DNA from: a virus | IMG/VR virus record: IMGVR_UViG_3300049927_000163 | Location: 9,513 to 73,512 of that record | Length of the DNA stretch: 64,000 bases | Direction: 5' to 3' (one strand) | Shown here: positions 37,809 to 48,417 of the stretch, piece by piece | Layout of the letters: each line of letters begins with the position of its first letter | Position numbering within the stretch: position 1 is the first letter of the stretch | Notes under the pieces: model-generated | What the model was told of the DNA's origin: nothing | Seen by the model: only the letters and a program-made list of their open reading frames with translations | Databases searched by the model: none | Made by a program: the position numbers and the translations under genes

Positions 37809-38578
37809 TATCTTGCCTCCAACGCATTAATTTTAGCATCGAGTTGTTTAACACAATTCACTAGAATAGAGACAAGCCCGTAAAGATCAACTCCTCTAAT
37901 GCCATCAACACTAGCTTGTATTTCTTTTGGCATCTCTTCGGCAATTAATCCTACGCGATCATGTTGAGCCCCTGGAACTGGAATTATGTAGTCATACTGC
38001 TTCACATCCATATTTCGCACTGTCTCAAGACCTTTGTCATAGTCGCGGATGTTTTCTTTAACTGTACTCGAGGAAGCCATAATTCCGGCAGCACCTAATG
38101 TGCCTGCTACTTGACCAGTCGTTCCAATTATATCCCCAAGAAGACCCTTTTGTGGCCCTTGTACAATAGGTTCAAATTGACGTTGCCCAAGAAGAGACAT
38201 CATTTGTTGTAAGGCACCCATTTGTTGGTTACCCTTCATCTGATCGTAATTAATTCTTTGACCGGCAAGAGTATTAGATAAATCCCCAGCACTCGAGACT
38301 AAAGCCTGATTTAAAGCTGAAGATGATCCAGCATTAGCATCGCCAAATCGTTGTTGAATAGCAGGTAGCATCTGTTGTTCGTAAGTTCTCATTGCTGGGT
38401 CTATAATCCCCTTCTGGAATTGTTCTTCGTTGCCGCCTTCTAACAATTGCCCTGTTGCATTTTGTGCATTTTGGCCTTGGCCACTAAGCAGTTGCTGGAG
38501 AAATTGCTGTTGCTGTTTTGTCATTAGGTTCGCTTTGCCCACTTGCTTGGCGTCCGATCCCATCATTGTCTCGCCCAT
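37808..38578 (-). CDS. Ejection protein with C-terminal peptidase S74 (intramolecular chaperone) domain
   Basis: Gln/Gly-rich N-terminus, then SSSTVKENI...GLIAEEM...VDLYGLVSILVNCVKQL..KI..LE. Confidence 0.75.
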   Translation of the reverse strand: MGETMMGSDAKQVGKANLMTKQQQQFLQQLLSGQGQNAQNATGQLLEGGNEEQFQKGIIDPAMRTYEQQMLPAIQQRFGDANAGSSSALNQALVSSAGDLSNTLAGQRINYDQMKGNQQMGALQQMMSLLGQRQFEPIVQGPQKGLLGDIIGTTGQVAGTLGAAGIMASSSTVKENIRDYDKGLETVRNMDVKQYDYIIPVPGAQHDRVGLIAEEMPKEIQASVDGIRGVDLYGLVSILVNCVKQLDAKINALEAR

Positions 38579-39017
38579 CTTGAAACTCCATCAATACTTG
38601 TTTAGATTTCTTGAATCCATATTTTTCTGAATGTTTTGGACACCGTGTTATCCAAAAGACTGTTTTAAGTTGTGCGCCATCTTTAATTTCTCGGCACTTA
38701 TTCACGAGAAGTTGCACCGCTTTCCCGCTTCCCCAGTACTCCTTGTCCATCGAGAAAGAATTTATCACTAAAGATTCTGATAATTCATCTATGAACATCC
38801 AGCAAAAACCTTTAGTAATCTTTTTTTCATCTACTAGCACATATAGCAAATTTAAAGGATTTAATACCACCATTCCGTCCACATTGCTCATACACGCAAG
38901 CTTTTGAAATTGAATAAATTTATCTACAGAAAATCGTCTATCTTTAATCTGCTCAATATATTCTTCTGGAATGTGTATGGGATCAAAAATTCTTACCCAA
39001 GAAAGATTTTCTATCAT
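38484..39017 (-). CDS. GNAT-fold virion morphogenesis protein
   Basis: INSFSMDKEYWGSG...KYGFKK; homolog of 669..1118. Confidence 0.65.
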   Translation of the reverse strand: MIENLSWVRIFDPIHIPEEYIEQIKDRRFSVDKFIQFQKLACMSNVDGMVVLNPLNLLYVLVDEKKITKGFCWMFIDELSESLVINSFSMDKEYWGSGKAVQLLVNKCREIKDGAQLKTVFWITRCPKHSEKYGFKKSKQVLMEFQDGRDNDGIGRQASGQSEPNDKTATAISPATA

Positions 39018-39562
39018 GTCTGATTCTCAAGCTCCTGACCAATATATTCCATATAACCTACAAATCCACCACCAGTAAAAGACACCATTTGGATTGGATT
39101 CAAGCCAGAACCACACTCAAGGACTTTCCCTTTTATGGTGTTTGGCTGGCAATTCCAGACTAGATATGTATACCCCGCTGTAAAGACATTATCGCTGCTA
39201 TTAGACTGCATAACGCCAACCCAAGGCGTACCCTGGCTGTTAGCGGATTGATAAGGCATCTCAATAACAACATCGGCTGAAACAGAGAGAAACGACCAAG
39301 CAATATCCATCCAAACTTGAGTCATAATTCCTGATCGACGAGTCCAGCCATATTGTTTGGTGTATGTGACACTCGAATCGCTTACATTATAAAGTTTTGG
39401 TGTCCAAGGTTTAATCCATCCATTTACATTCTGAGCAACTTGCTGGTATGTATCTGTCATTTTATCTATGAGGTCGCCCATATATTCTTTGAACTTTGCG
39501 GGGTTCTCATCTACAAAAGTCTCAGGTCGGTACGGGTATATTATATCAGTTGGAAGAGTCAT
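39014..39562 (-). CDS. Virion/tail accessory protein
   Basis: WTP.L......Y..QYG...R.G tail-type motif. Syntenic with 1115..1555. Confidence 0.55.
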   Translation of the reverse strand: MTLPTDIIYPYRPETFVDENPAKFKEYMGDLIDKMTDTYQQVAQNVNGWIKPWTPKLYNVSDSSVTYTKQYGWTRRSGIMTQVWMDIAWSFLSVSADVVIEMPYQSANSQGTPWVGVMQSNSSDNVFTAGYTYLVWNCQPNTIKGKVLECGSGLNPIQMVSFTGGGFVGYMEYIGQELENQT

Positions 39563-41571
39563 TAACCACCTATCATTCGATTGCCAGAAGGTTTAAACCA
39601 GGGCATAATCGCGTTAATTCTTAAATTATCATCTATACCACTATTGGTAATTCTAATGTAATGCTCATAGCCTTTTCCGCCAGCATAGGCTCTCTTCCAA
39701 GTTTTATTATTATTGTATGCTCTAAGGGAAATTTGTCCACCACCTTCATAAAAGCTAAAGGAAGAGGCATTTATACCATCGAGTGAGAAAGTATCATCAT
39801 CAATCACAGTTATTGTGTACGGTCCTCCGGTAAGTTCTTGCATACTATCTAAATTATAAATATATACTTGATCTCCCGTAGACAGTCCGTGCTGAGCTAC
39901 ATTGATATCAACATCCTCAACAGTATCAGGTATAATATTAATTATATCTCCTAAATAACCAAGATTAGGGAGACAATTCATAGTCTGAATTGCATATGGA
40001 GTGACAATATCATCGCAGAAAAATTCAACTGTGAAAAATGTATCTTGATCTGAGTCTACATAGAAATCAACATAGCCCATTTGACACTGGAGTCCTTGAT
40101 CTTTATATGGGTTCCAGCTTGCGCTCATTATTGTAAGATCTATAGGATTTCCTAGATCATCGCCACCCTCTTCGAGGAAAAGAACGCGTCCAATTTGATC
40201 ACCACCAATAAATTTTTCATCACCCGACTGGAAGAATCCTGAACCCCACGTTGCCTCGGCAGCTTGGGAAAAGGAGATATCTAAGTCATTAGCCGCTATA
40301 AAATCCTGGAAGGCATAATCACGACTTGTTTCGGCATATCCAAGAGTACTCATATTTATATAAGAGTCACTATCCTCATCAAAAACATAGGCTGTATAGA
40401 TAGAGTAACCGTTATCTTCGTCTGTTCGAACTAAAGCAAAATTTGAAGTCTGCGGGTTTTCTAAGATATCAAAGTTAACACTTGAAGAAGGATATAAAGT
40501 TAAAGAGTGGAGTAAATTGAAATTTCTAGCTGAATACATTTGTCCGAAAGCTTCATCATTGATAGCGTCTGACATAAAGTTTGCTATTCTTTCGTCTACT
40601 CTCACCACTTCATTGCGATCGCAAGCAACAATACCGCGCTTGCCAAAAGATACAACATATCTATCATATTCAATATCCGCGTAAGGGGCTTCACATGCAC
40701 GAAAACTATTAATACGAACCCATCTAAAGGGCAGAGCAGGATCGGATGTAGGTTCAATTACCCATACAGAATTTGTAAATTTCACCACAATACAATCAGA
40801 AAGAAGTGTGGCAGAAATCATTTGTTCCGATGTTGGGGCATCTACAAAACCACCATTACCAGGGGTAATCTCGTTCCAGTTTTCACCTGAATCGGCTGGA
40901 TTGCCAGCTCTTGACCATCGCAAACGTTGTGAGAAATTTGTACCCGAACCAATTGGAGGAGTTCCAACGGGAGCTACAGTTGATTCTACTGTATTTAAAA
41001 CAAGAAGGCGTTGACGAAAAGCAAAAATAAACTGCGCTGCGACTATATAATTTCTAGTGGCAGATACTGAAGGGGGCTGACTATCGGGAAGAAATTCATT
41101 CGTTGTTGTTCCAGTAGTAAATGATCTCATTGGAGAAATAGGAACACTAGTATCTCCATTGAAGTTTGTAAAATAGAAGGTACTCGTTGGAAATGAGCCA
41201 GTACGACCAAATGAGGCTGAATTTATAAACGAAGAAACTGATCCATTGAATATATCTACTGTATCTAGCGGATCAAAAGTTTGAGTTCCTTGATTAAAAA
41301 TAGCCGCTCTTTTAGTGTCGAAAATAAGTAACTGACTTGCATTGTTAGTATCTACAAATGTTTTTATTCCCATGATTGGTAGTGTTCCGACAACATCTGG
41401 ATCATAGATCATGGTTCCGAATTTAACCATGCCGGAACGTTTTATAATAACACCTTTATAGAGATAAGCGTTCACTATTTCAGTGAAAGCATCCTGGGGC
41501 AAAATCCATGGCTGAATTACCGTATCAAGACCAGTCGTAAATGCTGATATCAAATATGGTGTATATGTCAC
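39562..41571 (-). CDS. Tail nozzle / DNA-stabilisation protein
   Basis: Homolog of 1552..3876. RLRWSR motif; FCCH-like insert HGLSTGDQVYI near the C-terminus. GTG start overlaps the upstream stop. Confidence 0.7.
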   Translation of the reverse strand: MTYTPYLISAFTTGLDTVIQPWILPQDAFTEIVNAYLYKGVIIKRSGMVKFGTMIYDPDVVGTLPIMGIKTFVDTNNASQLLIFDTKRAAIFNQGTQTFDPLDTVDIFNGSVSSFINSASFGRTGSFPTSTFYFTNFNGDTSVPISPMRSFTTGTTTNEFLPDSQPPSVSATRNYIVAAQFIFAFRQRLLVLNTVESTVAPVGTPPIGSGTNFSQRLRWSRAGNPADSGENWNEITPGNGGFVDAPTSEQMISATLLSDCIVVKFTNSVWVIEPTSDPALPFRWVRINSFRACEAPYADIEYDRYVVSFGKRGIVACDRNEVVRVDERIANFMSDAINDEAFGQMYSARNFNLLHSLTLYPSSSVNFDILENPQTSNFALVRTDEDNGYSIYTAYVFDEDSDSYINMSTLGYAETSRDYAFQDFIAANDLDISFSQAAEATWGSGFFQSGDEKFIGGDQIGRVLFLEEGGDDLGNPIDLTIMSASWNPYKDQGLQCQMGYVDFYVDSDQDTFFTVEFFCDDIVTPYAIQTMNCLPNLGYLGDIINIIPDTVEDVDINVAQHGLSTGDQVYIYNLDSMQELTGGPYTITVIDDDTFSLDGINASSFSFYEGGGQISLRAYNNNKTWKRAYAGGKGYEHYIRITNSGIDDNLRINAIMPWFKPSGNRMIGG

Positions 41572-42227
41572 TAAACCCGTCCCCCAAAAACAGCAAAGCA
41601 AAATCCAACGTCATCAACAACAAAATCATTACTAGAAAAACTATATCTTTGCATCTGCACACTAAAATCAGCCGCAGTTTGACCGAAAAGTAAACTTACA
41701 TATGCTGAGGTTCCACCTGTATTTCTTGGTGTAAGTAGAATAGAATAGTTATCTGCCGAAGTCATAGGATCTGTGAAAGTTACTGTATAGTTACCAGAAC
41801 CAGAACCATTTCTTACAGCGCTTGCTATACCATAAGAACCGGCTTGTAAAACTCCATTAGAAGCTACTCGGCCCTGTGCGGAACAAAATGCTTGCTGAGT
41901 ATTTACAACTTGAAATGCGCCTGTTTGTAATCGTATATCTGAACCGTATAGAGGCTGCGTCCAGTATCCAACTCCTCCACCATTAGTCAACCTAGTGACA
42001 TTAGAATTATCATCTTTAAAGAAAAGTTCAGTAAATCCAGATCCGTTAAGTTTAGTAAAAATTAATCCGGATCCTGCGATACCTCCCGGATCTCCTAATC
42101 TAAATGCTAGTTGCCATTTTCTACTAGGAACAGCACCTCCCTCTATAGCCTGCCAGTTAGCTTGGAATAGAGCAGGGGAAAGCCTAATCTTAGTTGCATT
42201 CGTAGGTTGTGTAGGATCCCAAGACAT
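41571..42227 (-). CDS. Small tail-fibre-like protein
   Basis: TELFFK N-terminal motif shared with 3876..4559. Different C-domain (GIASAVR.G.G.YTVTF). Confidence 0.55.
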   Translation of the reverse strand: MSWDPTQPTNATKIRLSPALFQANWQAIEGGAVPSRKWQLAFRLGDPGGIAGSGLIFTKLNGSGFTELFFKDDNSNVTRLTNGGGVGYWTQPLYGSDIRLQTGAFQVVNTQQAFCSAQGRVASNGVLQAGSYGIASAVRNGSGSGNYTVTFTDPMTSADNYSILLTPRNTGGTSAYVSLLFGQTAADFSVQMQRYSFSSNDFVVDDVGFCFAVFGGRV

Positions 42228-42242
42228 TTTTACCTCAAAACT

Positions 42243-43115
42243 TTAAAACATTGGTCGTGTACGTTCATTCATAAGATTTTGAAGCGTACGAGTAATTATG
42301 TATCCAATTTGTTCTTTATATAGAACAGTAAGCTCTGCATAACGATCCATCTCGCCATAATCCATTACAAGGTCTCTAGCGGCCCCGTAAGCAATAGCTT
42401 CACCCCATTCCTGTAGGGTAGGTGTATCGCTACCATTAACAAGCGGCGTAGGGATTATATAGGCCTTTACCATGACTCGATAAACAGTGTCAGGAACAGG
42501 ATAGAATCGAAACTGTGAATTGTAGTAGAGAACCGCAATCGGTTGGCCCAAAGGGATAACTTCAAAGCTCTCCCAAATATTTACACTTGCAGGAGGTGCA
42601 GTAAAGAATGATACGCTTATGGCTCCAGTAGTATAATTAACACTTCCAGTGCCACCCATATCACCGACAAGGACACCGCTACCATTATCCGTAAATGTCT
42701 CAACATTATCGGTTATGATAACACTGCCTGGAGAGATGAAAGGAAACTGAACGACGTTAGAGAAATTCTGTGTACTTCCGTCCCCTGTCCAGGGTATCAA
42801 GCGTTGGATCTGCTCAGGATTCTCATTAAAATAGACCACGGGATCTTGATAATAGAGCAATGGTTTTAAATCTATATATACAGGTGGCTCTATATTTGTG
42901 TAAGTTGTATCAGGGAAATTATAAAACTGTTCATTAGCAACAGTTTGAAAATTATAATAAGTATGTTCTTTTTCAAGTTTTAATTCCGCCGGTAAAGTGA
43001 ATTGATAATAATTATTAATATATGTATCAATAGTGGAATCAGCGAGCTGGTTAGAGCTTAATCTACCCGTGACCTGACGAACTTTTTTGCGTATATCTGC
43101 TAAATTCCAGCCCAT
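42243..43115 (-). CDS. Head-tail adaptor (tail tubular protein A-like)
   Basis: Homolog of 4562..5479. Confidence 0.7.
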   Translation of the reverse strand: MGWNLADIRKKVRQVTGRLSSNQLADSTIDTYINNYYQFTLPAELKLEKEHTYYNFQTVANEQFYNFPDTTYTNIEPPVYIDLKPLLYYQDPVVYFNENPEQIQRLIPWTGDGSTQNFSNVVQFPFISPGSVIITDNVETFTDNGSGVLVGDMGGTGSVNYTTGAISVSFFTAPPASVNIWESFEVIPLGQPIAVLYYNSQFRFYPVPDTVYRVMVKAYIIPTPLVNGSDTPTLQEWGEAIAYGAARDLVMDYGEMDRYAELTVLYKEQIGYIITRTLQNLMNERTRPMF

Positions 43116-43123
43116 ATTTCACC

Positions 43124-43462
43124 TTAAGCAAAAACTTGACGACATTGAAATCGCGGTTTAGTTGAAACTTGTTTTTTAATCATTCGTCCTTGGCCATCCG
43201 GTTGCCACGACCAAACAGGAGTATTTCTTGATTCAATGTGCTGACAAACCTTTCGTGGTAGTTTATACTTGCCACCATGCATAAGTGTGTATTTCTTGAA
43301 GTTCTTGGTATTTCCATAGCAAAATGTATTCATCAAACCAGGTTCTTCAGTGTTGTAAAATTCAACATCGATTTCTTCATCTAGCCATTTCTTTTCCTTT
43401 TCACTCATTTCCTTAACAGGAGTCTGAGCTATACCATTATCAAATGCGTTTCTATCTGTCAT
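43124..43462 (-). CDS. Conserved virion-cluster protein
   Basis: Homolog of 5479..5922. Confidence 0.55.
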   Translation of the reverse strand: MTDRNAFDNGIAQTPVKEMSEKEKKWLDEEIDVEFYNTEEPGLMNTFCYGNTKNFKKYTLMHGGKYKLPRKVCQHIESRNTPVWSWQPDGQGRMIKKQVSTKPRFQCRQVFA

Positions 43463-43473
43463 ATATCCCTCGT

Positions 43474-43500
43474 AAAATTAGGGGGACTTAAGCGTCCCCC
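43474..43500 (-). terminator. Intrinsic terminator after capsid/decoration genes
   Basis: Minus strand GGGGGAC-GCTTAA-GTCCCCC-TAATTTT. Confidence 0.6.
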
Positions 43501-43506
43501 ATTAAG

Positions 43507-44103
43507 TTAACAAACTGAATTGTCGCCTTTAACGTTAGCGACCATTACATCGCCATCTGTACCGACAACACCTGTACCAATTAAGATACCTTGGATACCA
43601 AAGTTCTCAGTTGGAATTGGGTTACCTGCTGAATCTTCAACACGGCTTGCAACACCACCAGACACATAGGCGCTATAGCCTACTGTACTTTCTACAAGTG
43701 TGATTGCAGTTGCTGTAACAGATGCTACAGTGTATGTACCGTTCAACGATGCAGTTCCTGCACCATCATCAGCTAATTCTGCTACTTTAATTGTGTCACC
43801 TGCAACGATGCCAACTAGAGCAATATTACTTGCTGTAATGACACCAGGGTTTGCGTTAGTGAAACCGCTGATAGTAGCTCCATAGATTGATGATGTTGAT
43901 AAAGGTGTAAAACCGTTTGATGTGGTTACTGCACCAGTATCTACTGTCTGATAGTAGCCGTTAGGCATTGCTGAGTTCCAATAGTAGGACTTTCCATCCG
44001 TAAGATTGGTCGTTTGAATCTCAGAAATTGCAAAGCCAATGCTTTGATGCCTAGCTACTGCTGGGGTTGGATTTGTCCAACCGAATGTTTTTGCTTGTGT
44101 CAT
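43507..44103 (-). CDS. Putative capsid decoration protein
   Basis: TISGFTNANPGVIT...GDTI FCCH-like domain; homolog of 6345..7055. Confidence 0.6.
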   Translation of the reverse strand: MTQAKTFGWTNPTPAVARHQSIGFAISEIQTTNLTDGKSYYWNSAMPNGYYQTVDTGAVTTSNGFTPLSTSSIYGATISGFTNANPGVITASNIALVGIVAGDTIKVAELADDGAGTASLNGTYTVASVTATAITLVESTVGYSAYVSGGVASRVEDSAGNPIPTENFGIQGILIGTGVVGTDGDVMVANVKGDNSVC

Positions 44104-44115
44104 TTTATGTTCTCC

Positions 44116-45057
44116 TTAAGAATGGGTTGCTTCAAGATTCAACATAAATGAGTCATTTAAAATTCTTGAAACGAATGGATGTTGCCAACCTACCGTTCCA
44201 CGTTGATGCAATGGGTCAGCTGAACCAGCGGAACCAAGTGGCTCAATATAGAATTCACCACTCTCTACACCAAGGTGTACGACGGCATATGCTTCTTTAC
44301 CGATGATAAAGTTGTTGTACACTGGTATAGCAGCGCTAGAAACACTCCCTACACTAGTGTAAAGCCATCTTACGTTACCTGTACTTCCCCATTCTGCGTC
44401 CAGAACAGTCTGTTGGCTAGGATATTGTGCAGTATGAACAAAGTTCTCTACCTGCTCAAGATCATCCAAAAGTGCTGTATCAATATAGCCCCAAAAACTA
44501 GGACGAATTGGCGCAGTTCCGAACATATCCATACCGGTGATGACTTCTGAAATCATCTCCGCGTTATTTCCCAGAAGAGTTTTAACAGCAATATTGATAT
44601 CAAGTTCATTAATCTCTGTTGGTGTGTTTCCGTTACCACCATTAGCACATTGAAGTACTGAAGATGTACTCGCAAGTACGTCTCTTGTAACTTCATCCAT
44701 GGTCTGACCAAGGTTTTGTGCAAGTAGACGTGCAGATTCATTAAGCACTCTATCTTGTACTGTGAACTCGACTTGGTTTGTTAATGTAACAAAGTTACCG
44801 TAGAAGTCTACACGAGCTTTTAGGTCTTGTGTACTTAAAGCAGTTCCTGGAGGTGTTATACCATCTGTTAATGGAATTGGAACGGTAGCTAATCTGTTAT
44901 ATCGTCTAAATACAATAGTGTCTCCCATCTTACGTGGTAACTGTCGACGCTGCGCAAACTTTGTATGAATAAGCTTAGGATAAGCTGTCATCAATAGCAG
45001 ACGGTCGTAGTAATCACGCACAGCTGGAGGGAGAACGCTGACGTTTGTAATTGTCAT
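44116..45057 (-). CDS. Major capsid protein (N4-gp56 family)
   Basis: YYDRLLL...P.LIHTKFAQRRQLP...GDTIVFRRY; GSAGSADPLHQRGTVGW. Confidence 0.9.
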   Translation of the reverse strand: MTITNVSVLPPAVRDYYDRLLLMTAYPKLIHTKFAQRRQLPRKMGDTIVFRRYNRLATVPIPLTDGITPPGTALSTQDLKARVDFYGNFVTLTNQVEFTVQDRVLNESARLLAQNLGQTMDEVTRDVLASTSSVLQCANGGNGNTPTEINELDINIAVKTLLGNNAEMISEVITGMDMFGTAPIRPSFWGYIDTALLDDLEQVENFVHTAQYPSQQTVLDAEWGSTGNVRWLYTSVGSVSSAAIPVYNNFIIGKEAYAVVHLGVESGEFYIEPLGSAGSADPLHQRGTVGWQHPFVSRILNDSFMLNLEATHS

Positions 45058-45077
45058 ATTTCCTCTTTATGTGGTTA

Positions 45078-45728
45078 TTAACCCATATTCCTTGCAGCAA
45101 ACTTCATGAAATCCGAATCGTTCATAGTCTTATATGCCTCTCCAGTAATACCAGACGTGGCACCTCCAATGGAGGAGAGATTCCCTGGTCTTTGCAAGTT
45201 TTGAGTAGCTTGCTGAGCCTGTGGAGATCGATTTTGTTGTCTTTGTTCTTGGAGATAAGTGTCTGAACGTTTTGCAAGATGATACGCCGCCTTATAAGGG
45301 TTGGGCGCACTCATGATCATTTCTTTAAGATCTGGGTCGGTTTTTAAAACATCCGGTAAATATTTTCTGACCACATCATTATAATCTGGGTATGCTTGAG
45401 CCATCTTCAGTTCTTCTACAGCGAGTTTTTGTTCGTGAGAAAATTGATTTATGAATTTCTTAGCTTCTCCGACAGTGAGCACGTCATTGTCAGATAAACC
45501 ATTAAATTCATCAGGTGGTGCGGCTTTAGCGTTGTTAGCTTTCAGCAACTCCATGTGGTCTTGCATTAACTTCAGATTTTCTTGAAGTTGTTGGCGCTCG
45601 CGCCTTTCTGCTTGTAAAGCGGCTACTGGAACTAATTGTTCTTGTTGCTGCTCATGCATTGGCTGCTGAGTGTTAAGATCAGTCTGAACGGCGGCTTCAG
45701 ATGTAACGCCCGTCTGCATTGGTTCCAT
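45078..45728 (-). CDS. Capsid scaffolding protein
   Basis: VPVAALQAERRERQ coiled coil. Homolog of 8032..8790. Start placed at MEPMQ after GGAGAGCCAA. Confidence 0.75.
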   Translation of the reverse strand: MEPMQTGVTSEAAVQTDLNTQQPMHEQQQEQLVPVAALQAERRERQQLQENLKLMQDHMELLKANNAKAAPPDEFNGLSDNDVLTVGEAKKFINQFSHEQKLAVEELKMAQAYPDYNDVVRKYLPDVLKTDPDLKEMIMSAPNPYKAAYHLAKRSDTYLQEQRQQNRSPQAQQATQNLQRPGNLSSIGGATSGITGEAYKTMNDSDFMKFAARNMG

Positions 45729-45784
45729 TTTGGCTCTCCTAATACGCCCTTTACTCGATGGCAATCGAGTGCGATGGCGGCTCG

Positions 45785-46144
45785 TTAATTATAAACATAA
45801 GCATCAGGGATCGATGTCTCGTAAACTTGACACCCTTCCTGTTCTACTCCTAACAATTCAAATCCGAATGGTTTGTCTGGCATATTGACTTCCCAACGAA
45901 TTGTTCCTTTTTGGTTGTTTACCTCTCCTACGATCATACCCACTTGTCGTTGCGGTCTCATCCCGTAGGCTTTAATGACTTTGGCTAATGCGGGTAATCC
46001 GTTATGTTTGCGCTTCGAGGGACTAGCAAATAAAACAATCCAGTAAGGCTCGGTGCGGTCTTTATTCGCATTCAGCATTTTCTCGATTATTTTTTCATCA
46101 TCCTCAACAATCGCTTTTGATGTTTCCCCTACTTCTTGAGTCAT
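45785..46144 (-). CDS. Conserved head-module protein
   Basis: Homolog of 8841..9203. Confidence 0.6.
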   Translation of the reverse strand: MTQEVGETSKAIVEDDEKIIEKMLNANKDRTEPYWIVLFASPSKRKHNGLPALAKVIKAYGMRPQRQVGMIVGEVNNQKGTIRWEVNMPDKPFGFELLGVEQEGCQVYETSIPDAYVYN

Positions 46145-46154
46145 TTTTTACTCC

Positions 46155-46403
46155 CTAGAAATCGTATTCAAATGCTTCTTTAGGAGTGCCTCTATAATCA
46201 TAAGGAAGTGCATTTACGCGCTTTCCATCATAATCAGGGCAAGGATCTACATAATAAGGCTTGGAAGCATGCCCCATAATGCCATCACCCATAGAACCGG
46301 CCTTCTCAACGTTAAGATAACGTTCATTCATAGCCTTAGATGGGTAACGCGCATCAAGTTTTTCCTGCTCCGGAACCTTATTCATTTTTGGTTTACCTGG
46401 CAT
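46155..46403 (-). CDS. Small head-module protein
   Basis: 82 aa ORF overlapping the portal stop. Confidence 0.5.
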   Translation of the reverse strand: MPGKPKMNKVPEQEKLDARYPSKAMNERYLNVEKAGSMGDGIMGHASKPYYVDPCPDYDGKRVNALPYDYRGTPKEAFEYDF

Positions 46404-48417
46404 TGTTCACCTGTTTTGGTTGTGTTTGTTTATCGGCTTGTGCCGAGATTGCAACGTCTTCCGCTTTCATTTGTTGTTCTTGAGCACGGTTGACGCCTTC
46501 CAATGCCATAAAGACATCGAGAAGCTTTAAAACTCTATCATCGTCCATTGCGTCTAACTGTTTGATTGCCTGCATTCGTTTCAAATCGGCGTCAGATCGG
46601 TTATCAAGTGACTTCGATACTCTTTCGTCTTCTAGGCCGAGATTTGCAATAGCTCTTGTAAATCGTTCTTTTGCTGAAGCAATATTCGAAATAGATTGAG
46701 ACTGGAATAGCTCGGATTGAACGCGGACCTTCTCCATCTCGACTTGAGTAACTTGCTGTTGCGCTTGCTGCTGCTGTTTGTTGAATTCTTCCATTGCCTG
46801 CATGTATTCAGTCTTACCTTGGAGAGGTGCAACTTTTGCAAGTAATCCAGGTGGAACTGGCTCGCCGATCTCTTTAAGAGCAAGAAGCTGGTTAAAGAAC
46901 ATCTGTTGTTGACTATTAGTGAGCACGCCTTCTTGAACGGCTATATCGTAGCGTAGGGCATCTAATTTAAAGATCTTTTCGTCAGGCTCTTCATTAATGA
47001 TGCGCTTGATCTTTTGTTTAGACCAGGATTGCTGCATTTTCAGAATTTTCTTAGAGATACATTCTTGAGCAAAACGCATGTTATCAAAGATATCTTGCAG
47101 ACCTACAAGCGCAGCTCCTTGACGAAGCATCACTTTAAGTCCAGAATCTTGCTCGGAATCCGCTTGGCCTAATAGTTCTTCCGAAATATTCGCCACTTTC
47201 ATAATATGTCCCTCAAACATGTTCTTCAATTCGAAGAAACTGGGGGGTATTTGAGCAGGCTGTATCTTTACTATTGCATCTGGTGCCAAACCTTTTTTCT
47301 TAAATATCGCTCTACCTTGAGATGTCTGATAGAGAGATCTTGGGTTGATAACGGCATCTTCTTCAGCAATCCAGCCAGAGTTAATTTGGCTCTGAACGAG
47401 GTCAAGCATCTGCGAGCTCATCTGATTAGTGATGCGCTGCGGATCTATCATAGTCCTAACGAGAGATTGAACCTTTAAAACGTAATCGTAGCTTTCAGGT
47501 TCGAAAACTCCGAAGAAAGGCACGAATGGGTATTCATTTAGACCATATGGATTTTTCTCAGACTTGATATATTCACTATTTACGATGATGTGCTGGTAGA
47601 CAAAGGGTTCTATTCGTTCGATAACCTCCATATTTGGATCAGCAAATAGGAAGTAGTCGGATTCTTCCCCTAGATATTCCATTGTCTCGCCAGTTAAAGC
47701 ATTATATAGGAATTTCTTGGGTTCCCATCCTTGTTCCCAGAATTCATCATATGCCATCATCTTGCCACCGTTAGGCAACTGCTGATAAGGTAACCATGTG
47801 AATTTATCGTCTCTTTCCCATCCAACGTGGTAGAGCATATCTAAGTCTTTTTCCATGCCTGGAAGCAGTGATTTAACCATTGGAAGTGGTAGATACTTAC
47901 GTCTTAAGATATTAGAACAATCCGACATGTCTTTTTTGGTAAAATATGGATCACAGATGAAGCCATTATACGGCTCTCGTGAACATTTTATTTGACCATC
48001 AAGTGGATCTGTTCTATAATCTTTCCATAAACTGAATAGGTTCCAACCTGTGATAAGGGCGCCCTTAAAACAGTCGGAAATCTGTTCGTACATATCTCCG
48101 TGCTGGAATGTATATAATAATAGTTTTGTCAGTTGGTCTGCTGCCCGTTGATCACTGGCTTCAATTGGTACGCACACTGACGAATGACGATGTTTTTTCT
48201 GATATCCGGTTACCATGTTGATATTTGGTCGGATGAAATTATTTACATAGGTACTTCTACCATCTTGGAATATTGCTCTCTTTTCTTCTTCGTTCCACTG
48301 ATCCCCGAGATACATTCTCAGATCACGATCGGCATAAGGAAAAAGAGGATTCCAAGCGTAATAATTCTTATAGTAGGCTTGATAGTAATTGTTGACGATC
48401 TCTTGCCCGATCAGCAT
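46393..48417 (-). CDS. Portal protein (P22-like)
   Basis: RD..MYLGDQW, DPYFTKKD.SDC...RRKY, RDDKFT..PY; homolog of 13833..15947. Confidence 0.85.
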   Translation of the reverse strand: MLIGQEIVNNYYQAYYKNYYAWNPLFPYADRDLRMYLGDQWNEEEKRAIFQDGRSTYVNNFIRPNINMVTGYQKKHRHSSVCVPIEASDQRAADQLTKLLLYTFQHGDMYEQISDCFKGALITGWNLFSLWKDYRTDPLDGQIKCSREPYNGFICDPYFTKKDMSDCSNILRRKYLPLPMVKSLLPGMEKDLDMLYHVGWERDDKFTWLPYQQLPNGGKMMAYDEFWEQGWEPKKFLYNALTGETMEYLGEESDYFLFADPNMEVIERIEPFVYQHIIVNSEYIKSEKNPYGLNEYPFVPFFGVFEPESYDYVLKVQSLVRTMIDPQRITNQMSSQMLDLVQSQINSGWIAEEDAVINPRSLYQTSQGRAIFKKKGLAPDAIVKIQPAQIPPSFFELKNMFEGHIMKVANISEELLGQADSEQDSGLKVMLRQGAALVGLQDIFDNMRFAQECISKKILKMQQSWSKQKIKRIINEEPDEKIFKLDALRYDIAVQEGVLTNSQQQMFFNQLLALKEIGEPVPPGLLAKVAPLQGKTEYMQAMEEFNKQQQQAQQQVTQVEMEKVRVQSELFQSQSISNIASAKERFTRAIANLGLEDERVSKSLDNRSDADLKRMQAIKQLDAMDDDRVLKLLDVFMALEGVNRAQEQQMKAEDVAISAQADKQTQPKQVNNAR

